Source of the DNA: Escherichia phage CJY920
Sequence record: PQ349265.1
Length of the DNA: 64,000 nt
Strand: one strand, 5' to 3'
Shown: positions 11,501 to 19,782 of the stretch, piece after piece
How the letters are laid out: the number at the start of each line of letters is the position of its first letter
How positions within the stretch are numbered: position 1 is the first letter of the stretch
Program-made: the position numbers and the translations under genes
The notes under the pieces: model-generated
The model's database searches: none
What the model saw: only the letters and a program-made list of their open reading frames with translations
Told to the model about the DNA's origin: nothing

Positions 11501-12421
11501 TGTTATAATACGTAAACGTGCTTTACTATCCCCGTCAAACAATCTCCACAATTTCTCATTATCATCAAACATCAAGAAACCGTCAATCGTTGTACGGCCT
11601 TCAATGGAATGAGTTCCAACTTCTTGTATTGAAGTTGTTTCATCGTATGTAGTAACAATTGTATGATAAAGCGGATTTAGTTTATCTAAATCGACGAAAT
11701 TAATAATATCGCCATGATTAGCAAATCTTGGAAGTTTAACATTAATTGGTGCAGCAGAAGTAAATCTACGTACGATAAAATCGTTGGATTGTGCTTGATA
11801 AGTATTCGCTGGTGTTACAACTACAGCTTCTCTACTATAATCAGCAACATACATTTGCCACAGACGATTACTAAAAATTAAAACTATCTGTGATTTTGGA
11901 TGAGTCATTAGTACTGAACGTACCTGTTCACCTCTAAAGTTTACAATACTTTGCACTGGAGCTACAATTAAAACTTGGTTAACTCCAGGTTTTCCTCCAA
12001 TATCTTGGAGAACGATAGTATCACCATCAATTGGAGAAGACGGTAAAGTAAACGTAATGTCATTTCCAGCTGCAGTGTTAACCGAAATTGCTTCACCCGA
12101 TTTTAATTGATATGAACCAGATGAAACCGTAATCCAGTTTGCATCGGTACGTAATGCTCTCCAGCGTCCGCTATTAAAAGCTCCTGCTGGTTTTGGAATA
12201 TCATTTATAGCAGCCCAAAAGCGATTATCATAAATGATTACAAAATCTTTTAAATATCCACGAGTTGGATCATATTGTTGAACTGTGTTTTCTTGAATTA
12301 AGTAATCAACGTTAACACCGTCAGTTCCTACGGTACGATCAGCTAAAGCTACGTTGATTATTTTATCACCACCTGCGTCCAGACCATCTTCTGCTCTGAA
12401 CTTTCTTTTAATCTCGGCCAT
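8540..12421 (-). CDS. 34: gp34 long tail fibre proximal subunit (1293 aa)
   Basis: 1293 aa with internal repeats (…TATETRRGIARIATTAQ… several times); late promoter TATAAATA upstream; position next to rnh. Confidence 0.9.
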   Translation of the reverse strand: MAEIKRKFRAEDGLDAGGDKIINVALADRTVGTDGVNVDYLIQENTVQQYDPTRGYLKDFVIIYDNRFWAAINDIPKPAGAFNSGRWRALRTDANWITVSSGSYQLKSGEAISVNTAAGNDITFTLPSSPIDGDTIVLQDIGGKPGVNQVLIVAPVQSIVNFRGEQVRSVLMTHPKSQIVLIFSNRLWQMYVADYSREAVVVTPANTYQAQSNDFIVRRFTSAAPINVKLPRFANHGDIINFVDLDKLNPLYHTIVTTYDETTSIQEVGTHSIEGRTTIDGFLMFDDNEKLWRLFDGDSKARLRIITTNSNIRPNEEVMVFGANNGTAQTIELQLPTDISVGDTVKISMNYMRKGQTVKIKAADEDKIASSVQLLQFPKRSEYPPEAEWVTVQELVFNGETNYVPVLQLAYIEDSDGKYWVVQQNVPTVERVDSLNDSTRARLGVIALATQAQANVDLENSPQKELAITPETLANRTATETRRGIARIATTAQVNQNTTFSFADDIIITPKKLNERTATETRRGVAEIATQQETNAGTDDTTIITPKKLQARQGSESLSGIVTFVSTAGATPASSRELNGTNVYNKNTNNLVVSPKALDQYKATPTQQGAVILAVESEVIAGKSQEGWANAVVTPETLHKKTSTDGRIGLIEIATQAETNAGTDYTRAVTPKTLNDRRATESLSGIAEIATQVEFDAGVDDTRISTPLKIKTRFNSTDRTSVVALSGLVESGTLWDHYTLNILEANETQRGTLRVATQVEAAAGTLDNVLITPKKLLGTKSTESQEGVIKVATQSETVTGTSANTAVSPKNLKWIVQSEPTWAATTAIRGFVKTSSGSITFVGNDTVGSTQPLESYEKNSYAVSPYELNRVLANYLPLKAKAADTNLLDGLDSSQFIRRDIAQTVNGSLTLTQQTNLSAPLVSSSTATFGGSVSANSTLTISNSGTETRTETHLIFEKGPQTGTNPAQTMTIRVWGNQFYGGSDTTRSTVFEVGDETSHHFYSQRNKDGNIAFSINGTVMPINVNASGLMNVNGVATFGSSVTANGGFISKSANAFRAINGNYGFFIRNDGGSTYFMLTASGDQTGGFNGLRPLAINNASGQVTIGESLIIAKGATINSGGLTVNSRIRSQGTKTSDLYTRAPTSDTVGFWSIDINDSATYNQFPGYFKMVEKTNEVTGLPYLERGEEVKSPGTLTQFGNTLDSLYQDWITYPTTPEARTTRWTRTWQKTKNSWSSFVQVFDGGNPPQPSDIGALPSDNATMGNLTIRDFLRIGNVRIIPDPVNKTVKFEWVE

Positions 12422-12455
12422 TCTCCCGGGCTCCTATTGTGTTTTCAATAATAAG

Positions 12456-12463
12456 TATTTATA
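12456..12463 (-). promoter_or_regulatory. late promoter TATAAATA for gene 34
   Basis: Plus-strand TATTTATA about 35 nt upstream of the gene 34 ATG. Confidence 0.65.
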
Positions 12464-12525
12464 CTTGTTTACTTTAAGATTTGGATGGTATATAATAGAA
12501 ATCTCACTAATTGAACGAGGTTCAT

Positions 12526-13443
12526 ATGGATTTAGAAATGATGTTGGATGAAGATTACAAAGAAGGAATTTGCTTAATTGACTTTAGTCAAATTGCGCTT
12601 TCAACTGCTTTGGTAAACTTCTCAGATAAAGAAAAAATTAATTTATCAATGGTTCGTCATTTGATATTGAACTCAATTAAGTTTAATGTCAAAAAAGCAA
12701 AAACGCTTGGATACACTAAAATTGTACTGTGTATTGATAACGCGAAATCTGGATATTGGCGTCGTGATTTTGCTTACTATTACAAGAAAAACCGTGGAAA
12801 AGCACGAGAAGAATCTACTTGGGACTGGGAAGGTTATTTTGAATCCAGCCATAAAGTTATAGATGAATTGAAAGCTTATATGCCATACATTGTTATGGAT
12901 ATTGATAAGTATGAAGCAGATGACCACATTGCTGTTCTTGTTAAAAAGTTCTCTTTAGAAGGACATAAGATTTTAATCATTTCGTCGGATGGTGACTTTA
13001 CTCAACTTCACAAATACCCAAATGTTAAGCAATGGTCACCGATGCACAAGAAATGGGTTAAAATTAAAAGCGGTTCTGCTGAAATTGACTGTATGACTAA
13101 AATCCTTAAAGGCGACAAAAAGGATAACGTTGCTTCAGTTAAAGTACGATCTGACTTTTGGTTTACCAAAGTTGAAGGTGAACGAACTCCTTCAATGAAA
13201 ACTTCAATCGTTGAAGCTATTGCTAATGACCGTGAGCAAGCTAAGGTGCTTCTCACAGAATCTGAATATAATCGTTATAAAGAAAATTTAGTTCTAATTG
13301 ATTTTGATTATATTCCTGATAATATTGCTTCAAACATTGTGAATTACTATAATTCATATAAATTACCACCGCGTGGCAAAATTTATTCATATTTTGTAAA
13401 AGCGGGTCTTTCTAAATTAACTAATAGCATTAATGAATTTTGA
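12526..13443 (+). CDS. rnh: RNase H (5'-3' exonuclease / flap endonuclease), 305 aa
   Basis: Translation from ATG 12526 MDLEMMLDEDYKEGICLIDFSQIAL... matches T4 RNase H as recalled; ORF-track start at 12511 is a TTG extension; SD GAGG at 12517. Confidence 0.9.
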   Translation: MDLEMMLDEDYKEGICLIDFSQIALSTALVNFSDKEKINLSMVRHLILNSIKFNVKKAKTLGYTKIVLCIDNAKSGYWRRDFAYYYKKNRGKAREESTWDWEGYFESSHKVIDELKAYMPYIVMDIDKYEADDHIAVLVKKFSLEGHKILIISSDGDFTQLHKYPNVKQWSPMHKKWVKIKSGSAEIDCMTKILKGDKKDNVASVKVRSDFWFTKVEGERTPSMKTSIVEAIANDREQAKVLLTESEYNRYKENLVLIDFDYIPDNIASNIVNYYNSYKLPPRGKIYSYFVKAGLSKLTNSINEF

Positions 13444-13451
13444 GGTGAATA

Positions 13452-13721
13452 ATGGCTAAAAAAGAAATGGTTGAATTTGATGAAGCTATCCATGGCGAAG
13501 ACTTGGCTAAATTTATTAAAGAAGCATCTGATCATAAACTGAAAATTTCCGGTTATAATGAACTGATTAAAGATATTCGAATTCGTGCTAAAGATGAACT
13601 TGGTGTTGATGGTAAGATGTTTAATCGTCTGTTAGCTTTGTATCATAAAGATAACCGTGATGTGTTTGAAGCTGAAACTGAAGAGGTAGTTGAACTTTAT
13701 GACACAGTTTTCTCTAAATGA
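13452..13721 (+). CDS. dsbA: DsbA double-stranded DNA-binding late transcription factor (89 aa)
   Basis: 89 aa, position between rnh and 33. Confidence 0.8.
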   Translation: MAKKEMVEFDEAIHGEDLAKFIKEASDHKLKISGYNELIKDIRIRAKDELGVDGKMFNRLLALYHKDNRDVFEAETEEVVELYDTVFSK

Positions 13722-14037
13722 TATTCGTCCGGTCGATGAGACCGGTCTTTCAGAAAAAGAACTTTCAATTAAGAAAGAAAAGGATGAAATAGCAAAGCTT
13801 CTTGACCGTCAAGAAAATGGATTTATTATTGAAAAAATGGTAGAAGAGTTTGGAATGAGTTATCTTGAAGCTACAACAGCATTCTTAGAAGAAAATTCTA
13901 TTCCTGAAACTCAATTTGCTAAATTTATTCCTTCGGGTATAATTGAAAAAATTCAGTCAGAAGCTATTGACGAAAATCTTTTACGTCCTTCTGTTGTTCG
14001 TTGTGAAAAAACTAATACATTAGATTTTCTACTATGA
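13699..14037 (+). CDS. 33: gp33 late-transcription co-activator (112 aa)
   Basis: From ATG 13699: MTQFSLNDIRPVDETGLSEKELSIKKEK...; 112 aa; ORF-track start is a TTG extension. Confidence 0.85.
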   Translation: MTQFSLNDIRPVDETGLSEKELSIKKEKDEIAKLLDRQENGFIIEKMVEEFGMSYLEATTAFLEENSIPETQFAKFIPSGIIEKIQSEAIDENLLRPSVVRCEKTNTLDFLL

Positions 14038-14687
14038 TTAAACTCCGCATGCCTGCTGGTGGTGAAAGATATATTGATGGTAAATCAGTTTATAAATTAT
14101 ACTTAATGATAAAACAACATATGAATGGAAAGTATGATGTAATTAAGTATAATTGGTGCATGCGGGTGTCTGATGCCGCTTATCAAAAGCGAAGGGATAA
14201 GTATTTTTTCCAGAAGTTATCAGAAAAATATAAATTAAAGGAACTTGCTTTAATTTTTATAAGTAATTTGGTTGCTAACCAGGATGCTTGGATTGGTGAC
14301 ATCTCTGACGCTGATGCACTTGTGTTTTATCGTGAATATATCGGACGCTTAAAGCAAATTAAATTTAAGTTTGAAGAAGATATTCGCAACATTTATTATT
14401 TTAGTAAAAAAGTTGAAGTTTCTGCTTTTAAAGAAATCTTTGAATATAATCCAAAAGTTCAATCAAGTTATATTTTTAAACTGCTTCAGTCGAACATAAT
14501 TTCGTTTGAGACGTTTATCTTGCTTGATTCATTTTTAAATATAATTGATAAACATGATGAACAGACTGATAATTTAGTCTGGAATAATTATTCTATAAAG
14601 TTAAAGGCTTATAGAAAAATTTTAAATATTGATTCACAGAAAGCTAAAAATGTTTTCATTGAAACTGTGAAATCTTGCAAGTATTAA
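14034..14687 (+). CDS. 59: gp59 helicase-loading protein (217 aa)
   Basis: 217 aa, start overlaps gene 33 stop (ATGA); position before gene 32. Confidence 0.9.
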   Translation: MIKLRMPAGGERYIDGKSVYKLYLMIKQHMNGKYDVIKYNWCMRVSDAAYQKRRDKYFFQKLSEKYKLKELALIFISNLVANQDAWIGDISDADALVFYREYIGRLKQIKFKFEEDIRNIYYFSKKVEVSAFKEIFEYNPKVQSSYIFKLLQSNIISFETFILLDSFLNIIDKHDEQTDNLVWNNYSIKLKAYRKILNIDSQKAKNVFIETVKSCKY

Positions 14688-14720
14688 TTGCTTATTATAA
14701 ATAGATTATAATTATCTCAC

Positions 14721-14786
14721 TGACCAGCTATGAGGTCATACATCGTCATAGCACCAACTGTTAATTAAATTAAAAAGGAAATAAAA
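14721..14786 (+). promoter_or_regulatory. gene 32 translational operator: mRNA pseudoknot plus A/U-rich gp32 binding tract
   Basis: Stem 1 TGACC(14721-25)/GGTCA(14734-38) and stem 2 AGCTATGA(14726-33)/TCATAGC(14745-51) interleave as a pseudoknot, followed by TTAATTAAATTAAAAAGGAAATAAAA up to the AUG. Confidence 0.8.
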
Positions 14787-15695
14787 ATGTTTAAACGTAA
14801 ATCTACTGCTGAACTCGCTGCGCAAATGGCTAAACTGGCTGGAAATAAAGGTGGTTTTTCTTCTGAAGATAAAGGCGAGTGGAAACTGAAACTCGATAAT
14901 GCGGGTAACGGTCAAGCAGTAATTCGTTTTCTTCCGTCTAAAAATGATGAACAAGCACCATTCGCACTTCTTGTAAATCACGGTTTCAAGAAAAATGGTA
15001 AATGGTATATCGAAACATGCTCATCTACCTATGGTGATTACGATTCTTGTCCAGTATGTCAGTACATCAGTAAAAATGATTTGTATAATACTGACAATAA
15101 AGAGTACGGTCTTGTTAAACGTAAAATTTCTTACTGGGCTAACATTCTTGTAGTAAAAGACCCAGCTGCTCCAGAAAATGAAGGTAAAGTATTTAAATAT
15201 CGTTTCGGTAAGAAAATCTGGGATAAAATCAATGCAATGATTGCAGTTGATGTTGAAATGGGTGAAACTCCGGTTGATGTAACTTGTCCGTGGGAAGGTG
15301 CTAACTTTGTACTGAAAGTTAAACAAGTTTCTGGTTTTAGTAACTACGACGAATCTAAATTCCTGAATCAATCTGCGATTCCAAACATTGATGATGAATC
15401 TTTCCAGAAAGAACTGTTCGAACAAATGGTTGACCTTTCTGAAATGACTTCTAAAGATAAATTCAAATCGTTTGAAGAACTGAGCACTAAGTTCAGTCAA
15501 GTTATGGGAACTGCTGCTATGGGTGGTGCCGCAGCAACTGCTGCTAAGAAAGCCGATAAAGTTGCTGATGATTTGGATGCATTCAATGTTGATGACTTCA
15601 AAACAAAAACTGAAGATGATTTTATGAGATCAAGCTCTGGCAGTTCATCTAGTGTTGATGACACGGACCTGGATGACCTTTTGAATGACCTTTAA
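14787..15695 (+). CDS. 32: gp32 single-stranded DNA-binding protein (302 aa)
   Basis: Translation [50 protein letters not shown]... matches T4 gp32 as recalled; acidic C-terminal tail. Confidence 0.95.
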   Translation: MFKRKSTAELAAQMAKLAGNKGGFSSEDKGEWKLKLDNAGNGQAVIRFLPSKNDEQAPFALLVNHGFKKNGKWYIETCSSTYGDYDSCPVCQYISKNDLYNTDNKEYGLVKRKISYWANILVVKDPAAPENEGKVFKYRFGKKIWDKINAMIAVDVEMGETPVDVTCPWEGANFVLKVKQVSGFSNYDESKFLNQSAIPNIDDESFQKELFEQMVDLSEMTSKDKFKSFEELSTKFSQVMGTAAMGGAAATAAKKADKVADDLDAFNVDDFKTKTEDDFMRSSSGSSSSVDDTDLDDLLNDL

Positions 15696-15717
15696 TAGAT
15701 TATATTACTAATTAATT

Positions 15718-15742
15718 GGGGACCCTAGAGGTCCCCTTTTTT
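15718..15742 (+). terminator. intrinsic terminator after gene 32
   Basis: GGGGACC-loop-GGTCCCC hairpin followed by TTTTTT. Confidence 0.8.
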
Positions 15743-15767
15743 ATTTCAAAAATTTTTTCACATAACA

Positions 15768-15797
15768 GTTTACATACAACAAGGACTATGGTACTAT
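15768..15797 (+). promoter_or_regulatory. early promoter (GTTTAC -35, TACTAT -10)
   Basis: GTTTAC at 15768 with a -10-like hexamer about 18 bp downstream, ahead of the small early ORF cluster. Confidence 0.5.
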
Positions 15798-15840
15798 ACA
15801 ACTATCGGCAATACTGCTGATGATTAAAGAGGAAAATAAC

Positions 15841-16068
15841 ATGGCTAAAATTGATATTGATGTTGTTGATTTTGAATATATTGAAGAAATTATTCGTAAT
15901 CGTTATCCTGAACTCCGTATTACAAGCGCACTAAATGATCCTAACTGCAATGTTTCAGTTGTTATTGAAGGTCCTTTAAATCGTCTTAAACAATTTATGG
16001 TTAATGAATATTGTGACGGTATGGATGCTGAAGATGTAGAATTTTACACTGGATTTATTGAGCAGTAA
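15841..16068 (+). CDS. hypothetical small early protein (75 aa from ATG 15841)
   Basis: ATG with AAAGAGGA SD; occupies the frd.x-like position between 32 and frd. Confidence 0.5.
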   Translation: MAKIDIDVVDFEYIEEIIRNRYPELRITSALNDPNCNVSVVIEGPLNRLKQFMVNEYCDGMDAEDVEFYTGFIEQ

Positions 16069-16112
16069 TTATCAAGGGGCTATCAAGCCCCTATTAAAAT
16101 GAGGAAAACGCA

Positions 16113-16490
16113 ATGTATACTGGTAGAAAGTATGAACTTGTTCCAAGACTTATTGATACATTTATTAATTATAGTCCACGTTCTAATTCATCAATAGTTA
16201 AAGCTATTCGAGATAATGGCGGATGGTTTGAAGTTAAAGAAGTTTCCGTCGCCAATGGATACAAAGCAGTAAAACACATTGAATGTGCAAATGGAAAGCA
16301 TTTTTATCTCAAAGATAGACTTTTAGAAATTTGCGAAGATGAATTTCATTGTTTTCGTGAGTATAAAGAACCGACTTCTGAAGATGAAGTCGAAGACAAG
16401 GTTTCTGGCGTAACAAAAATTCACTGCATTGTTGACGAAAACAATGTAGACGAAATCATTGAACTTTTGCGAAAAACTTTCAAAAAGTAG
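16113..16490 (+). CDS. hypothetical protein (125 aa)
   Basis: ATG with GAGGA SD; flanked by terminator-like hairpin and next promoter. Confidence 0.5.
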   Translation: MYTGRKYELVPRLIDTFINYSPRSNSSIVKAIRDNGGWFEVKEVSVANGYKAVKHIECANGKHFYLKDRLLEICEDEFHCFREYKEPTSEDEVEDKVSGVTKIHCIVDENNVDEIIELLRKTFKK

Positions 16491-16520
16491 TTTACAGAAG
16501 GGTAGTAGTGTGATACTATT
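16490..16520 (+). promoter_or_regulatory. early promoter
   Basis: GTTTAC at 16490 and TGATACTAT extended -10. Confidence 0.5.
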
Positions 16521-16544
16521 ACCCTATCAACTAAGGATAATAAA

Positions 16545-16787
16545 ATGAGATTACAACGTCAGAGCATTAAAGATTCAGAAGTTAGAGGTAAATGGTATTT
16601 TAATATCATCGGTAAAGACGCTGAACTTGTTGAAAAAGCTGAACATCTTTTACGTGATATGGGATGGGAAGATGAATGTGATGGATGCCCTCTTTATGAG
16701 GATGGAGAAAGCGCAGGATTCTGGATTTACCATTCTGACGTTGAACAGTTTAAAGCTGATTGGAAAATTGTGAAAAAGTCTGTTTAA
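16545..16787 (+). CDS. hypothetical protein (80 aa)
   Basis: ATG with AAGGA SD. Confidence 0.5.
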   Translation: MRLQRQSIKDSEVRGKWYFNIIGKDAELVEKAEHLLRDMGWEDECDGCPLYEDGESAGFWIYHSDVEQFKADWKIVKKSV

Positions 16788-16797
16788 GGAAAATAAT

Positions 16798-18172
<1,375 letters not shown>

Positions 18173-18426
18173 TAATTGAGGCCTGAGTATAAGGTGACTT
18201 ATACTTGTAATCTATCTAAACGGGGAACCTCTCTAGTAGACAATCCCGTGCTAAATGTTCTTTTGAACTAAATGCCTAACGACTATCCCTTTGGGGAGTA
18301 GGGTCAAGTGACTCGAAACGATAGACAACTTGCTTTAACAAGTTGGAGATATAGTCTGATCTGCATGGTGACATGCAGCTGGATATAATTCCGGGGTAAG
18401 ATTAACGACCTTATCTGAACATAATG
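18173..18426 (+). ncRNA. group I self-splicing intron in td, ORF-less (about 254 nt)
   Basis: Starts TAATTGAGGCCTGAG..., contains core GTAGGGTCAAGTGACTCGAAA and GATATAGTCTGATCTGCATGG, ends ...CTGAACATAATG; no ORF inside. Confidence 0.8.
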
Positions 18427-18738
18427 CTTCCATTTAATATTGCATCATATGCTGCGTTAGTTCATATTGTAGCTAAGATGTGTAATCTTATTCCAGGAGA
18501 TTTGATATTTTCTGGCGGTAATACTCATATCTATATGAATCACGTAGAACAATGTAAAGAAATTTTGCGTCGTGAACCTAAAGAGCTTTGTGAACTGGTA
18601 ATAGGCGGATTGCCTTATAAATTCCGCTATCTTTCTACTAAAGAACAATTGGAATATGTTCTTAAACTCAGGCCTAAAGATTTCGTTCTTAAAGGTTACG
18701 AATCACACCCTCCTATTAAAGGAAAAATGGCGGTGTAA
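18427..18738 (+). CDS. td: thymidylate synthase, exon 2 (103 codons)
   Basis: LPFNIASYAALVHIVAKMCNLIPGDLIFSGGNTHIYMNH... continues ThyA; exon 1 + exon 2 = 286 aa. Confidence 0.9.
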   Translation, partial: LPFNIASYAALVHIVAKMCNLIPGDLIFSGGNTHIYMNHVEQCKEILRREPKELCELVIGGLPYKFRYLSTKEQLEYVLKLRPKDFVLKGYESHPPIKGKMAV

Positions 18739-18761
18739 TTAATTATTAATTGTGAGGATAT

Positions 18762-19007
18762 ATGATTTTACGATTTAAAGATACTTCTGGTGTCGTTCTT
18801 TTTACACTTCCTAATCCAAGTGAGTTAGAAGTTCCAGGACCAAATCAGCCTATTATCATTTATGGCAAAAAATATTATACTCATAAAATGACTCGTGAGT
18901 ATTTTGATAATAAAATTTCTACGGTTAAAACTTCTTCAGATTGTTATTATGATATTACTGTTTTAACGGAAAAACAATATGACGAATGCAGAACTTTAGC
19001 AGTATAA
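18762..19007 (+). CDS. hypothetical protein (81 aa)
   Basis: ATG ORF; its 3' end overlaps the 3' end of the antisense GIY-YIG gene by 12 bp. Confidence 0.4.
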   Translation: MILRFKDTSGVVLFTLPNPSELEVPGPNQPIIIYGKKYYTHKMTREYFDNKISTVKTSSDCYYDITVLTEKQYDECRTLAV

Positions 19008-19727
19008 ATATGATTCCCAGCAATCTAGAGCGCATCTTTTAGATATAAGTTTTCTGCTTATTCCGGTTTGACGCACAGCTTCTGCTATTGTTGGATATTC
19101 TACCCCATCTATACTTACTCTTAGATGGGGTTTCTTTTTACCTCTTTGTGAGTCAGAAATTCGTTTTCTAACTTCATTGGTATGTGTCTGTCCATAATAT
19201 GGATTATTGATGCCTTTCATATTAAGTGCAGCGTTTCTTTCTTGGAACTTTTTGCTTATTTCTATAGCACGATCTAACCCATAGTGTTCTTCTATAGTTT
19301 TACCTTTGATATCTCTAGGTCTACCATGTTTTTGCTTAAGTTCTTCTGGTGATAATTTTGAATTATTATTTTTAATTGCATTTGAAATTTTATTAAGGAT
19401 TTCTTGCTTTCTTGGGTGATGAGATAAGGTATCCCCAAATGATGCGTCTGCTATATTATACCCATTTTCCTTTGAGTCATATTCATGCATCCAATAATTT
19501 TCACGTTCAATAATGATAGATTTTTCGTATGGAAGTTCTTCTATGATTTTACATACGAAAGCATCTTTCCCATGCTTATTATAAGAACGCTGCAGCTTTA
19601 TTGAATGATGATTTCCATTATCTAAATCTTTAAAGTGTCGTTTCCATCGTTCTTCAAAATTAATTGCACTTCCTATATAGTGCTTATTAGTTTTAGTGTT
19701 TATAATAGCATATATTCCAGATTTCAT
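18996..19727 (-). CDS. GIY-YIG homing endonuclease, I-TevI-like catalytic domain (243 aa), free-standing and antisense
   Basis: N-terminus [35 protein letters not shown]... closely resembles the I-TevI GIY-YIG domain as recalled; C-terminal HTH-like [21 protein letters not shown]; own TATAAATA and AGGAGA upstream. Confidence 0.8.
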   Translation of the reverse strand: MKSGIYAIINTKTNKHYIGSAINFEERWKRHFKDLDNGNHHSIKLQRSYNKHGKDAFVCKIIEELPYEKSIIIERENYWMHEYDSKENGYNIADASFGDTLSHHPRKQEILNKISNAIKNNNSKLSPEELKQKHGRPRDIKGKTIEEHYGLDRAIEISKKFQERNAALNMKGINNPYYGQTHTNEVRKRISDSQRGKKKPHLRVSIDGVEYPTIAEAVRQTGISRKLISKRCALDCWESYLYC

Positions 19728-19749
19728 TATATTCTCCTATATAAAATTA

Positions 19750-19757
19750 TATTTATA
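19750..19757 (-). promoter_or_regulatory. late promoter TATAAATA for the GIY-YIG endonuclease gene
   Basis: Plus-strand TATTTATA is TATAAATA on the minus strand, about 22 nt upstream of the ATG. Confidence 0.6.
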
Positions 19758-19782
19758 TGGGGTAACTTACGACAGAGGACTT

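Noticed and set aside
12511-13721. Alternative TTG/GTG starts proposed by the ORF track for rnh (12511), gp33 (13690), denA (25147), rnlA (25598), NADAR (33370), gp20 (62116) and uvsW.1 (49697)
   Set aside because: In each case an in-frame ATG a few codons downstream has a proper SD and gives the protein length expected for the T4 homolog.
19696-19782. N-terminal extension of the nrdA ORF ([29 protein letters not shown])
   Set aside because: The extension overlaps the antisense endonuclease start and its promoter, has no SD, and the ATG at 19783 with GAGGA gives exactly the expected 754-aa NrdA.
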